From Nageia nagi (Eukaryota; Plantae; Pinophyta), in assembly GCA_050084985.1 (NCBI GenBank), contig JBITNC010000001.1, forward strand, positions 79,236,001-79,300,000: a stretch of DNA of 64,000 nucleotides, in the 5' to 3' direction. The notes beneath the pieces were generated by a model, which saw nothing but the letters and a program-made list of their open reading frames with translations, did not search any database and was not told the DNA's origin. A program made the position numbers and the translations under genes. Shown here piece after piece: positions 12,962-25,500 of the stretch. Position 1 is the first letter of the stretch; each line of letters opens with the position of its first letter.

Positions 12962-13557
12962 CTTCAACTATTGCAACAGCTAAGACTGATCCCCCGCGAG
13001 ATGGGTCAAATGCAAGTGCAGATACCCAGATGCCCATGTGGTAGTTGCCGCTGATTGAGCTGCTACTTCAGGACTTACATAGGCAGAAAAATTAGATACT
13101 GGGGAACAGTTGAGTTGAATTGCTTCTATTGTCTCCGTATCAAGCTGTGATTGTGTACTTTTTCCTTCTGTGCATAAATATTCTTGCCAACTGAACAAAT
13201 ATGCAGCCAGTGGTGAAAATCCTGTCCATGATGGAGGGCTGAGAAAGGGTGGCACACCAATTCCTATAGTCACCTTCGCAGCAGCTTGTGTATTATTCCC
13301 AAAACCGGGTGTAACTTCCCAAACTACAACTGTCGATGGATTCACAATTGGAACACCAGCTACAAGCATTGTACCCTCCTCGGTTATAATAGCATCAGCA
13401 GTCATAATGCCACTTGGTCCAGCTCCTAGCAACCCTTTATTTGTAGCAAACCATTTTGGAGCTATGCCAGATTGGCTTGTGGGCCACTCGGACCAACGTA
13501 GCTGAACTGAGCCTGAAGAAAAAACTGAACAAACGCACAGAAAATTTGGCCAGCAGG
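12962..13557 (-). CDS. MED16: MED16 large exon with a 1-bp frameshift near its 3' end
   Basis: Acceptor tttctgcag|CCTGCTGG, donor GTTGAAG|gtaata. It is 596 bp where a phase 1/1 exon needs 597. The conserved VSALAFDPSRGGSVLAVAIVE is reached only after adding one G at 13025-13027. Confidence 0.92.
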
Positions 13558-16500
13558 CTGCAGAAAGAGTAAAACAAGAACCTTATCAGGTAAGATTCAT
13601 GTCTAACTATAAAAATAAGAAAATAGTAACAAAAGTGAGAATTCATATTAATGTCCTTAAACAACCAAAGGTAGAAAAAGTTACTGTTAAGGAAAAAACC
13701 AGTAAAAATTAAACTACCATCTCACAATATCATAAGGTAGAAATAATGTGGTGCACAAGCTAATGGCCTGATGAAAAGTTTTCAGACAAAAACCAAAGGC
13801 AAAAAATTATGAAAAATAAGAAGTTCAGATAGAAACCTTATAAACCTATAGATTTTCTCTTCGCTTTGAAACCCCACCCACATACACAAATGTGTAACTC
13901 ATGACAGTTAGGAAATAGATATGAAAAATGCAATATCGCAAAGGTTGTCACTGCTGTTACTGATGAATATCACAAATATTGTGTCGTAGAATTAGAAAAG
14001 CTCAATATGGCATAACAGGTAGTGCATAAGAAAATATGGCAGCACAAATAGGCAAATGTCGAGACAATGAATTTCCTTAAAAGGCTATATAAATTCCCAT
14101 GAAAGGCAAATGATATATCTTAAGGCTTTAAAATGTAGAATAAAAACTGTCTAGTAAGGAGATCAGATGAGAAAATAAATAACCAATTGACAATAAATTT
14201 CCAAACAAGCAATATAGCAGATTCGCCAGGTATCTCAAATAGGAAAATTCAAAAGTGTTTCAAAAGTCAAAATCATCTCACAGCAGAAAAACTTTTGACT
14301 CAAACAGAATGCAACAGCTCACACCAGATTAAACTTCTGTGAGAAGTTAAACACATATATGATACTGCACATTGTAAAACATTGACTCTGCACAGAATCA
14401 CTTTAAAGTTGAAACCATAGAACCAATCTCACAATGTGACAGTCAAGGACCTAAGATATAACATGGTCATTAGTGCCAATAGTCAGAACTCAGAAGCAAT
14501 ACACTCCAAATAAGTGAAACCTTGTATGTCAGTTGCAAAAACCTTAAATCATAAACCAGCCCCAGTTTTTCCACCAATTTCTATAATATATTCTCTAGAG
14601 CTGCAATAACGATCTATATATCATCATTAACCTTGCATCAAAGAAAAATATGTGAGATATCGTATAAACAAAAGTAAGCAAATTCTACCTGAAGTTTGAT
14701 GTTGATGCGAAAGATACTTTTCCTCGAACGATGACTTTGAACTTAAGGAAGCAGTTGAACTTGTATTAATCCAACGATACTGAAAGCAAATATCACAATA
14801 TTGTAAACAAAATAATTTCATTTGTAAAATCATTTTGAAATTTCGCCCTATTTTAAAAGGAAAACAACAATCATTACAAGTATGAAGATAATGCAGTAGC
14901 TGAATACCAAAAAGGTATGCGATTGAACATACAACTTCAAACTGTAAAGCCTGGTGAAATAAAAATCCATCCAAGCAAAGGAGATTCTAAAATTGATTAA
15001 AGTTGGAAATTATTCAAGTATGAGATCCTACATAGTCTGGCATTAATCATTTGAGAAACAGAATTTCAGATACTAAAAACTAAATATTTTTGTCGCAAGT
15101 AGTGATTTCCGTAATGAATCTACGGCCTCAATACATGACTAACTACCACCTCTCTATAACCATCTGCTTAATAAATTAGTATGCATTTAAAAAGATAAAA
15201 ATGTTTTAATGGTCTTTTACACTTTATCATTGATTTAAGTGTGCACGAGTGTCATTTCTCTACAACCATTCCATATTCACATTGAAACATGGGGTTCACA
15301 AAGCACGTAAGCACCTTCAGTTATGGTAGTACTAGACAGAAGGAAAAAGTGAACACATCAACCTTAGGGACTTCCACAAGAACATTCTACTGATTGGCAA
15401 AGCTTTTTGTACAGTAATCTCTTGAGACACTTTTACCAAATTGTTCTTACCTATGACAGATCAGACACTTAAGTACGACAGTTAATATAAAGAGGAATCA
15501 ACTTCAGAACTAACAAATATCACTATTGCTAATAGCTCAAAAAAGACATTTTCTGGAAAAAAAAAATGCAAAATTACCTCTCAGATGAAAAGATGCCACC
15601 TCTAGAGGTTTGCTTCCAATAAAAGTAAAATGAGCACAAAATCATAGTTCACACCTTGAAAAGTTTCTTCAATAACCCATACTGAAAAGTGCATCTTGCC
15701 ATGTACTGGTTTGGGTGAAGAAAAACTGGACACAAACAGAATGCCACTTCGCAGAATATAGCAGGTCTAGAATACATTTCAATACGTACATAAAAAATTG
15801 TTTTTTAGAGGAGAGTCAATCTGCCACATCTTCTAATACCCCCAAATGCTACCAAACAGCAAGTTAATGTAAACAAGAAGGACAATACAAAGTGAAAGAT
15901 CAACTATCTTTTGATGAATACAACTACTCTGCCATCAAAAGGACAGACAGTGGATAGAAAATGTAGTCACAACAGCCTCCCCATTGCACGTAGCTCATTA
16001 CACTGTGAAGAAGAAATAAGGATAGTAAGACTTCAAAATCGACACAAAGGGATGAATGGACACAACAATGGTTCCACACTTCACAAACACATTGCACCAC
16101 ATAAGAGCCCAATACCTATATAGCATGTCAAAAGATCCTTGGAACCATCAGACAACAAGAAATTGTCACAAAATATTATCATCAACACAATAGAAAGCAT
16201 AATCTCCATAAGCAACAAAAATCTAAATGCTAAACCTTAAACAAAGCAGTTTAGCATCAGATAACAAAGGGAATCACAAGGACATTCTCCTGTCTTGGCA
16301 TCATCCGTATGATGCTCATCCATGTTTACAACCAACAAGATACCATTGCATAAATTATAGCCAATGTATGGCATCAAAATGAAAAGAACAAACTTCAGCA
16401 TGGTGCAGAAAAGGCAAAAGAAAGAGGGAAAGGAAATTTATTAATATCCGCAGGTGACTAAAAGCGATTAATGGGATTAGAGAATACACGCATGATATGA

Positions 16501-19500
16501 AAGCGAGTAGGGTCTTCAAAGGGGCTGTCCTAAAGCGAGAAAATAAACAACTACATACATTGAGAGGGCCAAAACCTTAAAACACAAAAATACAACAGGA
16601 TAAATCAGGGTTTGGGGTGATCAAAAAACTGACCCCCCTGACCTCATTGGCTCAAAGCATGGGGACAACACTCACGTCTGTGTGGTCTAATGGGGGCTCC
16701 CCAACCCTCGTGGTTGAGTCATTGGTGGCATTGTTGGAAGAAAAGTAGGACAAAATCTATCGAGTCCTCAAGAGGTCCTAAGAGTAACACAGGCATTGTC
16801 AAGTACAACATGTGGGATGAGGGTCGTCCTTTGTCTCCTCTTGTGGACTCCCTCAATCTTGGACGCCCGAAAAGAGGAGGTAATGCGATGAACTCCTACT
16901 GAGTGCTGAGAGAAATAAAGGAGAAACTTCCCAAAGACAAAGGCGTCCATAATATAATGGGTGATGCATTGTTGATCATGGTATTGGAAGAAGGTGGTCA
17001 ACAAGCTGTGAGAGTCACACAAAAAACAATGATATCGACCCCATATCTCATTATAAACTGAACTGCAGAAGATGAAGTGCTCCTCAGACTACGTCCCAAG
17101 TGAGCATAAACGGAAAACTCATAAATCCCACACTAGGTGATGATCTATCTCAATCCTCAACTAATGTGAGCAAACTCGAAATTGTCCAAGGAACATAATT
17201 AGGAGTTGGAGTTAGAGTTGCCTCACAGTAGTAAGTTGGTGTAAACTGATATAATTAGGAGTTGGAGTTGCCTCATAGTAGTAAGTTGCATGTCTTCCAC
17301 GTGTCATGTCTAAAGAAGGCACTTGCACTGCACATCAGCCCTTTGTCCGAGCTTCCACCACTCGATGAGGAAGGAAAACTAACCTTGATTCCGGAATGCA
17401 TCATAGAGACTAACAAAAGGAAATTGAGATCCCGAATAATCAAAGAGCACTTAGTAAAATGGAAGGATCTTCCTTGAGAAGATGCCACATAGGAAGGGCC
17501 CGAGATACTTACACATCTAGCTCTACCTTGCTTATGGACAAGCAATTTCAAGAGGAGAGGACTGTAAATGTCCCCCTTTTATTGGGTGTTTCCCTTTAGG
17601 AGTGATTTTGCAATTAGGAGTATTTATTTATTTATTGCATGTATAATTAGGCATCATTGTAACTTAGGACAGGCGCCATATGGGTCCTATGGACCAATTG
17701 TGAGCCCCAAGTGGGGCGCCTCCCTCCTATGAGTAATTTAGGAGCATTTAAGTGTCATGTTGATGATCCCAAGGCTCAATGCATGATTAATGGCTAGGTA
17801 CATGGTTTGGTATGATCTCGAGGCACATTTCGGGCACCCAAGCATGACATCACCTTGGAGGGTGTGTCAGCACCCAACCTTGGGCGATTCCTACTTATAT
17901 GGCTAACACAGCATTGGAGAGGCATCATTGAGTATATTTGACATCTTCTATCTTCGGAGTGGCAGCGCCATCTCTTGGGCCTCTAGTTGGACGCAAATCC
18001 AACTTAGAGAAGGAGCTAGTGGGACATAGCCCTCGCTAGAACTTGGCTAAGGACAAAAACCCTTATTCATACCAGCTTTGCACCTTAGATCTAGGGTTTG
18101 AAGGCCTTAGCATTGAGATGTCAGCATTGGAGGAAAGTATGCCCTAGATCTGTTCCATTGAGCCAAACGTCAACCCTCTTGGGCCTATTTGGTTGTATTT
18201 TGCTCCACATTGCTTGATACTGAGACAACGACATTATTTCTCACATTTGGCTTGTGCATGGCATATTTTGTGGTGTGAATGCTTGATCTTGCTTATTTTT
18301 ACATTTGTTGCTTAATTGGCTAATAATTTTGGAAGGAAGAATAGTTTGTCATATTACAGTACAGACCCTTTCAATCCTTGTTTTTATCTTAAGCAAAAAA
18401 AAAATTACTGGATCATGTACCACCGTGCTTTATGATTTTTTACATCATTTTATTAGAATAAAAGATTTCTTTCAATCAGAAAATTGATTCTCGTTTTCAA
18501 AAAGTTAAAACAAATCACAATAAATGCAACTTATCACATTGCTGTGCTTTATGATTTTTTACATCATTTTATTAGAATGAAAGATTTCTTTCAATCAGAA
18601 ATTTGATTCTCGCTTTCAAAAAGTTAAAACAAATCCCAATAAATGCAACTTATCACATTGGGACGTATTCACTGATAAATATACCGGAGACATTCCAGAA
18701 AGCCATTTAGTCACCACAGGAAGATCTTGACGCCATTCATGCTCGCAATACCAGCGATTCACAGCTCGTGCCAGATTCGCTGGGCCCTGGCATGTCAAAA
18801 AGATCTAATGTAAAAACTGTCTAAGTAAAATTAGCAAACATAACTAACAATTATTACACAAACTGAATCAAAACCACTTCAAATAAAGGACGTGACAAAG
18901 AAGCTTGTATAAAAATCTAGTCGTTATTATACACCAAATATGAATGCCTTTTGTTCAAGATGAAATAACATATAAACTTTTCAAGCAAATATTATATACA
19001 TTATCCAGCAAAGCATTATAACATGGGGCAACTGGTTCTACATATGATTATCCGATTCTGCATATGAAAATGTTATTCATTCATGACTTTGTTTACAGGA
19101 AGAAGCAAACGAAGTTGAACAGAAAATAGTGATCCTTTGTCGTGTACAATTTAGACACAGGGAAAATCCAAGGTTGAGTTATTTACCTGAGTGGGCTGAC
19201 TCCAGATGTTTACTCTCCCCTTATAATTAGCAACCAGCAAAGCACAAGGGCAGGATATAGGAGACCACTCAATGAATTGTACAAAGTCACAGGGAGAATC
19301 TGCAAGGAAAGAAAAATGGGTTGGACCAAAAAACATCATATCAAACTCACCCCCAAGGGGTCTACTATCAAACAAAGTTTTGAATGAATTGTACAACCAA
19401 CAGAGTATAAAAAAAGAACATTTATGCAACATAACTGAACAAAAGAAGCAGGCAAGGCAAGTTAAAATCATTTTGTAATGTTCCCTCATTTTCAAAATAG

Positions 19501-22500
19501 AAAAGATCATTCCAACACAAATGCATGATACATAATCCGTACTGAGCCTCTGCTGTGCAAGCATGAAAGCACACATCATGCGAAAACAAGCATGCTATCA
19601 CATCTCCATTTTATCTATCTTCCTATTAACTCACTTGTTCACATAATAGAAGTTTACACCCAACTTAACCATTGTTTATCCCACTGCAAATTTGTTTAAT
19701 AGTATTAAATCTATCGATAATGCTTAGGATGTAAGAACTCAAGTCACTTTTACAAACTAAGAAATACAATACTGCAAATTTGTTTAATAGTATTAAATCT
19801 ATTGATAATGCTTAGAATTTAAGAACTCAAGTCACTTTTACAAACTAAGAAATACAATACAAGAGTACAATAGAAGTACAAGAAACAAACTAAAAAATAT
19901 AATACAGAAGTACAATACAAGGGCTAAACCCTAAAAAAATGCATAATCGAATAGTAAAACAAAATAGTCAAGATCACTTGGGGGAAGAAACTCATTTGAC
20001 CGGATCTCCCCAAGCTGAGGAAATTGTAACTACATCAACATTGTTGGAGAAAAAGAAGGATGTGATCTGCTGAGATCGCAGAGAAATAGGGTCTGCACAT
20101 ACTCGCTCTTTGGTGCATCAGATAGGCGAAGAGAGTCATCTCGCCTCCTCTCACAAGTTCCCTCACCCGAGGAAGCTCGAAAGAAAGAAGTAATCAAATG
20201 GTCACTTGTCGAGTGTTGGGTGTCATATTAAAGAAGACGTATGTTTGCTCTTAGGAGTCTATTCTTTTTGTAGTGTCTTCTTCACATTCAGCTGTCTTGT
20301 TCACACCGTTATGTTTTAAATTTGACTGAAGCTTGTTTTTTTTTTAAACTTGACCAAACATATGGGGTACACCTAGCCGTCTCTAGTATAACTTGGAATA
20401 CCCCAAACATCTTAGGAATGCCCAAAGATATCCAAGACATCTAGAAGTACCCAAGCCGTTTAGGCTACACCCCAAAGTATCCCAATTGTACCAGGTACAC
20501 CCAAAAGTCTCCCCCCAAGTGTGGGATGTTCTAAGCATTTTCCAAGTTGGGATTCGAAGGTGCAGGGTTTCTAAGGGCCACTACAGGTACCATGGAATAT
20601 AAGATAATTCCAAACTAGTTATAGAACTCAATTAGATCAACAATATTATTTGTCTTCCATATATCCCTTGATCCATACGTGTTGTAGGCTGAATTGACAT
20701 CAACCTATTGGCAACATCAAAATCCATATATGTTGTGAAAATTTCCATGTTACCTTCATCTTTTATGTTTTGTAAATAAACATATATGAAATCTACCAAC
20801 TCATTCTCTTCAAACTCAGCTCCGATGCAAAACTGGCCCCATACTGAAAATGTAGGTGTAGTGACCTCTCTTACCCTTCCAATGGAAACGAATGAGTAAG
20901 GTTCAGGTCTGAAATAAATGAGTCATTGGCAGCCACAATCCAGTCTCTCATCTCTCCAAATTTCTTCCCAAGCATGTGACAACAGTACCCTTTGTTGACA
21001 ACAGTCTTGCCAACATTTGGCAATGAAGAAGGGGTCCAAAAGACACAATATGCACTGTCCAAACCAAAGTTGAAACTCGGGAATTACTCGGCCAGAAAAA
21101 ATTTCGTGAGTTCTTGTTAACTCGGAGAGTACTCAAAAAAAACTCGGCAAAAAAAAAAAACACAAACATTTCATGAAAAAATACAAAAACATATTTAAAT
21201 ACGGAATCACATAGCTACAATGATCATTGATTGTTTGTAATCATTAATGATCATCAAAAATAATAAATACAACAATGTATAATTATGGTCACGACTCATG
21301 AGTCATAAGTGTACTAGTGCTACAATAAAAAGTAAATACTACAAACCGAGTCTAGACTCTAATGTATACGACTCTTAAGAGTCTAAGACTCTAAACTACT
21401 AGTGCTACTGTGCTACAATGTCCTCTTTCCCCTCGCCTTCTTATATGTCCTCGGCTTACTCCTCACAACTGGTTGTGGTGAGGAAGAAAGTGGCACATCC
21501 TCATCCTCAATAAGATTCTCAACATTAGGTATGTACTCATCCTCGTATTGATCCTATATGAACATATATGAATCTAATAGTACCAAAGTGTTGATTATGT
21601 TAATATATTTAGAATGTAGAAATACCAATATATATATAATAACATTAAGCTAATAATGTAAAAACGTATTAATATAAAAGATAATTGAACTAATGAAATA
21701 AACATGATAAAATTAAATATTGCTTTTGTAAGAATTGTAGATATTTTAATTTTTAAATTTCACATTTTTCATCAATTTACAACTAATTAAATATTCTCAT
21801 TGACAATTTAAATTTGTACTAAATCAAAATAAAAATACCAAAAATAAAGATCATTCCAAAATTCTACCCAAATATTCATTTGAAAAATTAAATATATAAA
21901 ATAAAGAATATAGTATTAAATACATACGTACCCAAACATTTTCTTTTCCTATTATGAACCTTCAATTCATAATTATAAATTTATGTTGTACTAATATAAC
22001 CTCATAAATTTATGATAGTGCAAAATATTTCAATTAAAGTAACTTTAAGACATATCAAACTAATTTATATCCAACATTATCGTATCCTGCCCAAGGCAAC
22101 ATGTGACGTCCGGCGTTGAATGTAATCATTCAATAAAAAAAAACAAGTAAGATCAAACATTCCAATAAGTATGGGCTTTAGACATGGGGAAATCACTCCT
22201 AAACCCTGGAGAAGCAATATATAGCGAGAAGAAAACACAGCTCTATTTAAGCTTCACTGTAGAATTCGGCATACTTACTGTGAAAGAAGATTCTTTGTGC
22301 CTTCATCTTCCCATATAATTTCGTTCCACCATTTCTGATTTCCTCTAAGCTCCACTAGAGATATAAGTCTATCCAATCCTAAGGGCAATCTCTTCAAACT
22401 CTCACAATGAAATATTCTCAAGCTTTGCAACATGAGCGGAGCCTCCTCTTCCATGTAATCTCACAATCAATTTCAACTTACAAGTAATCAGTGAATTCCG

Positions 22501-25500
22501 ACAGATTTTGCAGGATTCTAAGGTGGGGAAATGGGCAAAACTCATCGGATCTGAATTTTGTCACCCTAAAACTTCTATGTTTCACTAGCAGCCGTATTTC
22601 CACCTAGTACTCATGAGTTTTGCCTCGGATTACTCGCTGGAAAACGTTAGAAACTTGCAACAACCAGATTATGGCCCTGGAATACTCGACACCCTTTCAA
22701 TCCGCAATTTCTTGCGAGAATCTGACGATTACCGGCAGATTTTTGAACCAAGGTCTAAACAGCCCTTAACAGTGTGTCAACAGCAATCAACAAAACAGTC
22801 CCTTGGAAGCCAACAATAATCCAAGCAAAGTCCCTTTCTTCCTCATCATGAACAGCAATCCCTTCCTCATCACACGCAGCCCATAACAAGTGAAAAACAG
22901 CCTTCAAATTATCACTAGGGAATGCTATGATGGTTCCTTCACCAACAATAGTCAATACACCCTCAAATGCAGCCCCAAAACTGATAAAAGGTGCAGTCCT
23001 CATTGTGTAAACAGCAGCTATTGATTTGTTATCAGCAAAAGGTATTATGGTTGCTTTCATGACTCCCTTAGCAACCTCCCAAACAAGCACTACAGTCCCT
23101 ATGAAGGCAGCGTCTCTTCCTCTAGTGATTGCAATACTCATTCTCACTCCAAGGAGTATTCCCCATGCTCTCAACATGTCAATACCAATGCCAATGTCAC
23201 TTGCCATCCCCCATGCATTTCCCATTGTGCAACTGTTGTTCCAACTAAAAACAAAATCCGAAATCATCACATACCCTTCCCAAGCTAGGTAACCACCCTC
23301 CAAGCTTGGAAACTTGTGGGTCAGATTTGCAACACTTTTCCATGGGCCTCTCAAACTCATGCGCTCTCTCCAAATGTTGAAAAGCGGATCAACATCCCTC
23401 TTCAAGATATCCAAGGCTAGTGCATCCTCTTCCATGGCTGATACAGCTTTCTTCAAATCCCTCCAAACTTCACGTCCTCCTTCCGAAGTGGCAAATGATC
23501 GTGCAAGACTGCTCCATGGATCCCTAAAGGCCAAGCGCTCCATCCTTAAGGCCAAAAATGGTTTTCCCATCCATACGGCCCCCATCATAGTGTGACGTTT
23601 CTTTTGCCTAGGCATCCATCCTCAAACACTTTTTCCAATCAACTAGATGAAGCTTGGGAAAAATAATCCTTGATCCCTTACAAGGTATATTCATGTCCAT
23701 CCACCTTAATCCTCATCATCAACTTTTGATAGTTGGAGTGAGTATCCCCTAAGTTATAACAACCATTGCACTCCTAATATCAAATGAGGGATGCCATCCC
23801 ATGGATAGACATAGAAGTCCTCCCTTGTCACACAACGTGAATTTCCCATTCATATTGGTGACTCAGAATCCTTCAAACCCCTCGATCTTGAGTCCCTTCT
23901 TGCTCACAAACACCTCATCAATGAAATTATGTGTTGCCCTTGGATCTATCAACACCATGACTTCCTGATTTGCAACTTGCCCTTTGACTTTGAGTGTGAA
24001 GTATTTGGACACCCCACAAATGGACGCTATCATCCCTCTTATGGCGTCCTTCGTGCTAGGAGAAGTAGGATGCTCAATGGTAGGTTGTTCATGATCCAGT
24101 TGATCTAGATCTTGCTCTAAATCTGAGTCTTCATCTTCCAAAATGGCCTCATTATGGTGGATCTTACCTTTTCCCATGCACCGGTGCCCACATTCCCAAG
24201 TCTTCTTGCATGTGAAACACAAATTTTTCTACATCAACTCCCTCCTAGTGGTTGCATCCATCTTCACATTAAACACTGGGGGTGGATTTTTCCCCTTCCC
24301 AATCGTGCTCCCTTCCCCAAAGTGTTAGGTCTAGGAGGAATAGTAGGTCACGATCTAATCATGGATGGCTCCAAAGCTAAAGTGCTCTTGATGGTGTCTA
24401 GCAACAGCTTGGGTAAGAAGGCCTTCACCATGCCTCTTAAAGGCTCAAGCAAACCCTCCATGAAGAGGAACGTCAACCTCTTCTTCGAGATGTTAGGGAC
24501 CATCATCGCAATCTACTGAAACTCTACAATATAATCTCCCATTGATCCCTTTTACTTCATTGCTATCAGATCTCGAAAAGTCATCCTCATCCGTATCATC
24601 AAAGCGATCCATATCTATGTGACAATGCGTCTCGTCCTCCTGGATCTCACTCACGAATGGAAGTGGATCTCTGAGTGTGTGGCATCCTTGGATTGCCTTC
24701 CAAACCATCACGCCCAATCGCTTCAACTTGTGGGTCTTTTGGACCTTGACACTCCCTTCCTTGTTGCAATTTTGTCACTAGATTGGTCAAGAGATTGACC
24801 AAATTGTCGAATTTTTCTTCGGGGGTAGTTGGAATAGGTGCATCAATCCTTTCTCTACTCCTCTCATGCCTTCCTTGCGAGCCATGCGCATCTTCTCCTC
24901 CTTGCGCCACTACCTCATCATCCATCCAGTCATACCTCAAGCGCTCTCCTTGAAGATTTGTCCTTCCTCACCAGATCTCCTCTATGGTGCCGTGGGCGTT
25001 CTTTTTTAGCGATCCCTCATAATATTGATGGATAGGTGGACGCATCAACCAAGAAGGTAGGATCTTCAGCTTTGATACCACTGTGATGTTCTAAAATTAT
25101 TCCAATTCCAAAAATAGCAACGCAAACCCGACTTTTGTAATTAATTAAATAACAAGATCAAATCTGAAATAATGTAAGAAACTCAACACCACAAGTCAAA
25201 ATATGAGATCCAGGTGCCACGCAACAATATATATCAATGATTAACCAAATACAATGCTCAATGGCCCAGAGGGCTAGATATCTGGCTCAAAGGACCAAAC
25301 AACAACAAAAAATATGCACTAAGATTAACATCACACATCTAGGGCCTCAAACCCTCGGATCTAATGGAACAATAAGACATACACTCCCTCGAGCCTAAAC
25401 GCTCCACCAAAGGGCTCTTACCACACTTGGAAACTACGAAGGTATATGTGCAACCTTCGAATGCCACTAGATGGACTAAGATGCTACACCTTACTCATAG

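Noticed and set aside
13020-13030. Alternative donor (GG|gtatct) rescuing the MED16 frame
   Set aside because: Conserved coding sequence continues to a canonical donor at 12960-12961; using the early site would delete conserved residues and change the phase.
15900-16400. Short Cys/Trp-rich ORFs on either strand
   Set aside because: No recognisable motif or splice context; probably decayed repeat sequence.
19900-20600. hAT-like terminal fragment with TACCC subterminal repeats
   Set aside because: I could not find a matching TIR pair or TSD.
22101-22110. ATGTG as the TSD partner of the LTR ending at 25866
   Set aside because: No second LTR copy follows it; probably a chance match.
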